A program made the translations under genes and the position numbers. This document shows, piece after piece, positions 58,708 through 64,000 of a DNA stretch of 64,000 bases; position 1 is the first letter of the stretch, and each line of letters opens with the position of its first letter. The notes under the pieces were generated by a model. It had not been told where the DNA came from, ran no database searches, and saw only the letters and a list, made by a program, of their open reading frames with translations. Source of the DNA: Marinicella sp. (GTDB lineage Bacteria; Pseudomonadota; Gammaproteobacteria; Xanthomonadales; Marinicellaceae); NCBI GenBank assembly GCA_965230295.1, contig OZ246001.1:2304001-2368000 (forward strand). The letters run 5' to 3'.

Positions 58708-60474
58708 TCAGTTCAGTGAATATTTCAACAACAGTTGATCAGCTGATTTAATTTGTAAAGTCATTGGCGCTGCCGCATCTTCAGCTTTTACTTCAAATTG
58801 TAGCAAATGGAAGTTTGTACTATTCAATGATTTAAAAATGGGATTGTTGCCCAGTGGTGACGTGGTTAAAGATACAGGAATTTCTGTGTTTGAATCAGAA
58901 GATTGGGGGTGTATTGTGAGTGCCAGTGCTTGATGTTTAGATTTAACAACCCAACCTTTAAGGGAGCCATCACTTATTTCATGATACACCACAGGGGGCA
59001 TCATGCATTGACCTCCTCCAGCCTTAAAAAAATGAAAGTTTTTCAGCCCGTCATTCAATACAAAAGTATCTATCAGCTTCATCCCGTTTAAGTACGCACA
59101 TGCTGATTGGTAAAAGTCAATTTGTTCATTCAATTTCAAGGATGAATGTTCAATCAGCACCAGCTCTGTGGTTGTTGATTCGGCATGGATCAAATCCATC
59201 AGCATCAATTGTCTAGCGCGTCCATGTTTTTCATTCAATGGGTGCGGTAGTGATTTGATGGTTTTGGCCCGTTTTGAGTAAAAAGTCAGCTCAGCCAATG
59301 TTTTAAACTGATCAACCACCAAGGTGCTGGCTTGTTCCTGATGCAATAGTTCATCTGCCTTGTTAGTGATTTCCTGCCACCCCACAGCATTGCTGATAAT
59401 TCTGGTTTTTAAAAGTGAGTTGGCAGTGGATCCATGTAGCCATATTTGCATGATTAGAAGTGCTGCAAAGGTCGCTACAACACCACTGGCCCAAGCCCAC
59501 TGTTTAACCGGAGAAGGTTTGTTGTTGGCAGCAGCCACCAATAACAGCACATAGGAAACCAAGGTCCAATGAATGTTGAGTCGTAAATTATCTGAAAAAA
59601 AACCCACCACCGCGTACATCATCCAATGTAAGGTTGCAGTATATGTGATGCTTTTAAGTAAAGGCTGCTTGCGTGTACCGGTTGAGCCCTGCAATATAGT
59701 CTGGAAGCAAAGCCAGAAAACTATCGGCGTGGTGATGAGAATTTGTATGAACAGGAAACTGGCGTGAGAAGCCTGGAATTCCCACGGGTGTCGATCTTTG
59801 AGTTGAAATGCCAACAACACAAAATCATGTTGTAAATTAAATACAATGATTGGTATGAAGCCGATTAACATCAGAGGCAGTGAGTATTTCAGGAGTGGTA
59901 TCACAACTTTCTGCTGTTTTCTGTAAACCCACAAAAAGACCAGCCCAGTAAGTAAAACAACAATCCAAAACCTTAGGTGCACATTGATGCCTGCTGCCAG
60001 CATGACCCCCAACCACAAATAAAAGTGTATCTGGTTGGTATTGATGGCTTTGGCAAGAAACAACATGGCCAACAGGGTGAAGAAGACAATCCATATATCA
60101 GGAATGGCCAAACCTCCAGCGATACCCAATAAAGGCAGTGCCGAGACCAACAAGCCTGTGAGCCATTTATTGTGTTCACTGGCATCGATCTCGTTAGCCA
60201 ATTGCATGGCCAGCCAAGGCATGCTCAAGGCAGCCAGCAGATTGGGTATTCTGATGAAAAATTGGTGTCGAGGAAATATCCAATCAGACAAGGCCAAAGT
60301 CCATGGTGTCCAACCTGGTACTTCACTGTAAGACCAATTTAACCACTGGCCTTCAAGCCAATAAAATGCCTCATCTACGAACAATTGGTTTTTATAGGCA
60401 GCATATATTTGCAGCAAACTGATCAGCACATATACGCTGAAGAAATAAAGCTTGGCTTTATCAGGCTTCAGCAT
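58708..60474 (-). CDS. GT39/ArnT-like (PMT_2) membrane glycosyltransferase
   Basis: DEAFYW, multiple TM segments, PD motif, P..(F/W)N..HDF. Confidence 0.8.
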   Translation of the reverse strand: MLKPDKAKLYFFSVYVLISLLQIYAAYKNQLFVDEAFYWLEGQWLNWSYSEVPGWTPWTLALSDWIFPRHQFFIRIPNLLAALSMPWLAMQLANEIDASEHNKWLTGLLVSALPLLGIAGGLAIPDIWIVFFTLLAMLFLAKAINTNQIHFYLWLGVMLAAGINVHLRFWIVVLLTGLVFLWVYRKQQKVVIPLLKYSLPLMLIGFIPIIVFNLQHDFVLLAFQLKDRHPWEFQASHASFLFIQILITTPIVFWLCFQTILQGSTGTRKQPLLKSITYTATLHWMMYAVVGFFSDNLRLNIHWTLVSYVLLLVAAANNKPSPVKQWAWASGVVATFAALLIMQIWLHGSTANSLLKTRIISNAVGWQEITNKADELLHQEQASTLVVDQFKTLAELTFYSKRAKTIKSLPHPLNEKHGRARQLMLMDLIHAESTTTELVLIEHSSLKLNEQIDFYQSACAYLNGMKLIDTFVLNDGLKNFHFFKAGGGQCMMPPVVYHEISDGSLKGWVVKSKHQALALTIHPQSSDSNTEIPVSLTTSPLGNNPIFKSLNSTNFHLLQFEVKAEDAAAPMTLQIKSADQLLLKYSLN

Positions 60475-61790
60475 TTAGGTACTTTGAGTTTTTTTCCTGC
60501 GTTGATGAGGTATCTGGGTGCTTTGATGGCATTCAACTGGGCAATTTCCCTTTTGCTGGAGCATTTAAATTTTCTACTGATGCTGCTCAATGAATCCCCT
60601 TGTTTGATTTTATAGTAGGTAAAGACCGGGCGATCTGGGAAGTCAGCATCATGAATGGTTTTTGCCAACGCCATTAAGTCAGAGTCATTACAACTGTTTT
60701 CATAAACAGGTTTCAACTCATTGGGTATAACCACCACCGCGTTTTGTTTGATGACCCGCTTGGCTTTAATGCTTGAGTTCAAATTTCGCAACACCCTGTA
60801 CCAGCCCATGGTTTTGTTGTATTGTCCAAAACAAACGGCCAATTCACTCAATGAAGTGTCAGTTTTCGCCCGAATCAAGGCGGTGCTGCCATCGATGCTG
60901 TCAAGGATCACATTGTAAGCATTGGGGTTTTCATAGATCAACATGGCTGACAGCACTATGGCAATATAGTCTTGTGTTTCACTGGGTAAGTCATAAAAGA
61001 ACTGACTGTCCCAGATGGATCGATTTTTGTGTTTTTTGTTGAGTCTTTTGAAGCGGTTTTCCCCGGCGTTGTAAGCCGCCAGGATTTTGGCAAAATCATC
61101 TCCATAAAGTTGCCTTTGTTCTAAGATGTAATTCGCAGCACCCTTTGCTGCTGATTCAGGGTGGAATCTGGCATCATAATCGCCTATGGTGCCTTGAACG
61201 CCAAACCTTTGGGCAGTGGCAGGCATGAATTGAAATAAACCACTGGCTCCGGCAGATGACATTGAATGCACACGGCCGCCACTTTCTTGTGTGATGATGG
61301 CCAACAAAAAAGCTTCCGGGATGTTTTTTTGTGCGAACGGTGGCCAAATTTTACTTCTTAAATACTGGTAGTTTTGCCAGGTTTCTATGAGTTTGGGTCT
61401 CTTCCAAGTCAACCATTCGTTCAAAGAAGCTTGAACCCTGACGTTATTGAGCAGTGGTTGATTCAAATCAATGACAGCTGTTGTCAGTTGGTTTGCCGGA
61501 TCGGCATTGGCTTGTGATTCTTCGGCTTCTCTGGCTTCTGGAGGCTGGTTTTCAGACAACTCGGCTTCAATTTTTTCTTGATCTGCCACATCGGCAAAAT
61601 ACTGGTTCAATTCATCCAGACAGGTGGGCTCTTTTTGGCACAATTCTATACCGGCTATCAACACAGCAGTTTCCAGTGGTTCTGGTTCAACAGCTTGTTC
61701 TGGTTTAACAGCCTTTTGTTGACAGGCAGAAAAAATGATCAGGGCAATAAAGATTGAAATTAGTCGCATAAAGTTAATTGCAGCAGTCAT
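60468..61790 (-). CDS. Lipoprotein lytic transglycosylase (SLT) with LysM (MltD-like)
   Basis: Lipobox FSAC, QESGG, GLFQFMPATA, AYNAGE, C-terminal LysM YKIKQGDSLSSI. Confidence 0.9.
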   Translation of the reverse strand: MTAAINFMRLISIFIALIIFSACQQKAVKPEQAVEPEPLETAVLIAGIELCQKEPTCLDELNQYFADVADQEKIEAELSENQPPEAREAEESQANADPANQLTTAVIDLNQPLLNNVRVQASLNEWLTWKRPKLIETWQNYQYLRSKIWPPFAQKNIPEAFLLAIITQESGGRVHSMSSAGASGLFQFMPATAQRFGVQGTIGDYDARFHPESAAKGAANYILEQRQLYGDDFAKILAAYNAGENRFKRLNKKHKNRSIWDSQFFYDLPSETQDYIAIVLSAMLIYENPNAYNVILDSIDGSTALIRAKTDTSLSELAVCFGQYNKTMGWYRVLRNLNSSIKAKRVIKQNAVVVIPNELKPVYENSCNDSDLMALAKTIHDADFPDRPVFTYYKIKQGDSLSSISRKFKCSSKREIAQLNAIKAPRYLINAGKKLKVPKC

Positions 61791-61839
61791 GAGTATTGTG
61801 TATTATCAGTATTTTAGAGACTTCAGCAACCTTTCAACC

Positions 61840-62292
61840 ATGAATTTATTCAGTTCGATCAAATCAATGCTTCAAATTGGTCAATCAAATAAGCAACTGA
61901 ATGATACAGAACAACAAGAATTGAATCACGCCATTGTTGAGTTAATGTTGGAAATGGTGCGGGCAGATTTTGTAGAACTGTATGCTGAAAAAACAGCCTT
62001 ATCCGAGTACCTTTCCAGTAAGTTGGGCCTGTCAAAACAAGACGTGGCACAGTATATTGAGGTGGCAGAAATGCGAACAGACTTTTCAATTTCCCTTGAA
62101 TCTCAAACCAATGTCATCAATAATTACTTGGGTAGTGTGCAGAAGCTTGACTTGATGCAACACATGTGGGCATTGGCTGTGGCAGACAATGAAGTCCACT
62201 TGTTAGAACAAAATTTATTTTATAAGGCGGGACAGTTGTTAGGCATCAAAAAGCCACAACTTGACGAGATTTGTCAATCCGTGGATCTTTAA
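61840..62292 (+). CDS. TerB/DjlA-like tellurite-resistance family protein
   Basis: L..EM.RAD...E and LM..MW..A.AD..V...E..L...LLGI pattern. Confidence 0.75.
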   Translation: MNLFSSIKSMLQIGQSNKQLNDTEQQELNHAIVELMLEMVRADFVELYAEKTALSEYLSSKLGLSKQDVAQYIEVAEMRTDFSISLESQTNVINNYLGSVQKLDLMQHMWALAVADNEVHLLEQNLFYKAGQLLGIKKPQLDEICQSVDL

Positions 62293-62314
62293 CCCAAGCA
62301 ATTTAAGGAATATT

Positions 62315-63403
62315 ATGGATTTAACACATTTTTTAAAAACCATGCGTGAAATGAATGGTTCTGACATGTATCTCAGTACCGGTGCTCCGATTAACGTAAA
62401 GGCTGAAGGTGTGCTTCAATCCTTGAGCAGTACCGGCTTGCCACCAGGTATAGTAGAAAAGATTGCCTATTCATTGATGGATGAGAGGCAGATCAAAGAA
62501 TTTGAAGACACGATGGAATGTAATCTGGCTGTTTCTATCAAAGGTGTGGGTCGTTACCGGGTCAATGTGTTCAGACAACGGGGTGAAGTCTCCATGGTGA
62601 TCCGAACCATCAAAAGCACCATTCCTAAGTTGGAAGAGTTGAACATGCCACCGCATTTGTATGATTTAATCATGGAAAAGCGGGGCTTGATCTTGGTGGT
62701 GGGTGCCACAGGTTCTGGTAAATCTACCACCATGGCTTCAATGATTGATCACCGTAATTCAAGCATTACGGGTCACATCCTGACAGTTGAAGATCCCATT
62801 GAATACGTTCACAAGCACAAAAAATCTGTGATCAATCAACGAGAAATCGGTATCGACACCTTAGGGTATGCGCCGGCTTTGAAAAATGCCTTGCGTGAAG
62901 CCCCGGATTTGATTTTGATTGGTGAGATCAATGACGCTGAAACCATGGAAGCTGCAGTTTCATTTGCTGAAACTGGTCATTTATGTATGGCCACACTGCA
63001 TGCCAACAATTCAGACCAAGCCATGGAGCGGGTGTTGAACTTTTTCCCCAATGACATGCATAACAACGTGTTGATGAATCTGGCATTGAACTTACGAGCA
63101 GTCATTTCACAACGATTGGTGATTGATGTTGATGGCAAACGCCGTCCGGCATGTGAAGTTTTGATGAACACCCCACAAATCAGGGAAATGATCAGAAGGG
63201 GAGAAATCAATGAATTGAAAATGGCGATGGAAAAGTCATTGGAAGATGGTATGCAAACATTTGACCAAGCCTTATATGATATGTACAAAGAAGGTATCAT
63301 TACATTAGAAGAAGCCTTGGGTAATGCCGATTCAGCACAAGGACTTGAAGTGCGAATTAATCTATCGAGTGAAGATGATACCGGTGGCGATGATTATTTT
63401 TGA
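62315..63403 (+). CDS. pilU: Type IV pilus retraction ATPase PilU/PilT family
   Basis: GATGSGKSTT, EDPIE, LREAPD.ILIGE, ETGHL..ATLHANN, LNLRAVISQRL, GMQTFDQAL. Confidence 0.9.
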   Translation: MDLTHFLKTMREMNGSDMYLSTGAPINVKAEGVLQSLSSTGLPPGIVEKIAYSLMDERQIKEFEDTMECNLAVSIKGVGRYRVNVFRQRGEVSMVIRTIKSTIPKLEELNMPPHLYDLIMEKRGLILVVGATGSGKSTTMASMIDHRNSSITGHILTVEDPIEYVHKHKKSVINQREIGIDTLGYAPALKNALREAPDLILIGEINDAETMEAAVSFAETGHLCMATLHANNSDQAMERVLNFFPNDMHNNVLMNLALNLRAVISQRLVIDVDGKRRPACEVLMNTPQIREMIRRGEINELKMAMEKSLEDGMQTFDQALYDMYKEGIITLEEALGNADSAQGLEVRINLSSEDDTGGDDYF

Positions 63404-63620
63404 TCACACAGCCTCTTACTGAGTATGCCTGTCATGAGTTGTCTCAGAACAGTTCGTGGTCAATTCAACATGAGAAAAAATCAAGTCAACAATGTGACAT
63501 TGTAGTTGAGTCTTGTCCTCTGTTCGATGGCTAAAATAACGCATGCCTATCACAAAATCGTGACAACTTCATGAATTAACCATACAATAGCCCCGTTTAA
63601 AAGATACGAACCAACAACCT

Positions 63621-63836
63621 ATGAAGTTACTTATCTCAATGTTTGTTTTAATGCTCATGATGACTCCTGGCGTGGCTTTTGCCTATATTGATCCAGGTTC
63701 AGGAAGTGCAATCATGTCTGCGATAATCGGATTTTTTGTGGCGATTGGGTTGGCCATCAAAACCTATTGGTACAAATTAAAATCTTTGTTTGGGAAAAAG
63801 GATAAAGAAATCGAGTCAACTGAAGACAAAGAATAA
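63621..63836 (+). CDS. Small membrane protein with YIDPGSGS motif
   Basis: Signal-like N-terminus (VAFA), YIDPGSGS, one TM helix, Trp/Lys-rich then acidic tail. Confidence 0.75.
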   Translation: MKLLISMFVLMLMMTPGVAFAYIDPGSGSAIMSAIIGFFVAIGLAIKTYWYKLKSLFGKKDKEIESTEDKE

Positions 63837-63864
63837 CTGAAATTTAATAAAAGGAAGTCGTTAT

Positions 63865-64000
63865 ATGACAGACAAAGACATTGAGTTTAATAAACATTAT
63901 TGGGATGACTTTTATAAGCATAAGCACAGAATCATTCCATCACAGTTTTGTGTTTGTGTGCTGACCGAGTTGAACCGTGAGGCTTCAGTGGTGGAATTGG
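63865..64000 (+). CDS. Probable class I SAM methyltransferase, 3'-truncated
   Basis: AAGGAAG RBS; MTDKDIEFNKHYWDDFY...PSQF...VVEL(G) resembles a methyltransferase N-terminus; runs off the window. Confidence 0.55.
   Translation, partial: MTDKDIEFNKHYWDDFYKHKHRIIPSQFCVCVLTELNREASVVEL

Overview
Chromosomal segment of a marine gammaproteobacterium. The Xanthomonas-type arg genes and the secreted-protein C-terminal motifs suggest a Xanthomonadales/Marinicella-like organism (inference only). Coding content: a secreted Lys-C-type protease, a lipid A acyltransferase, clpB with a sigma32 promoter, a plant-type LRR protein, a two-component system facing a diheme cytochrome, iorAB, a GMC oxidoreductase with opp permeases, an acetylated-route arginine operon (argF'-G-E-B/A-C-H), a TonB receptor, yicC-gmk, a VPS10-like hydrolase, a two-pilin glycosylation locus (TMTC-like GT-C, GT2, wecE/wecF/vioB-like), OafA, GT39/ArnT, a lytic transglycosylase and pilU. 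The two strongest signals lie outside the ORF track. (1) A 35-codon leader peptide with four consecutive Arg codons, plus mutually exclusive protector/antiterminator/terminator pairings, sits in front of the arg operon and looks like a classical ribosome-coupled arginine attenuator. (2) An unannotated ~225-nt GGA-hairpin sRNA (CsrB/RsmZ-like) has its own terminator and a GacA/UvrY-type upstream box. Several REP-like palindrome families fill the intergenic regions. No CRISPR array, tRNA, rRNA or transposase was seen. All structures were read by eye; nothing was computed or searched.
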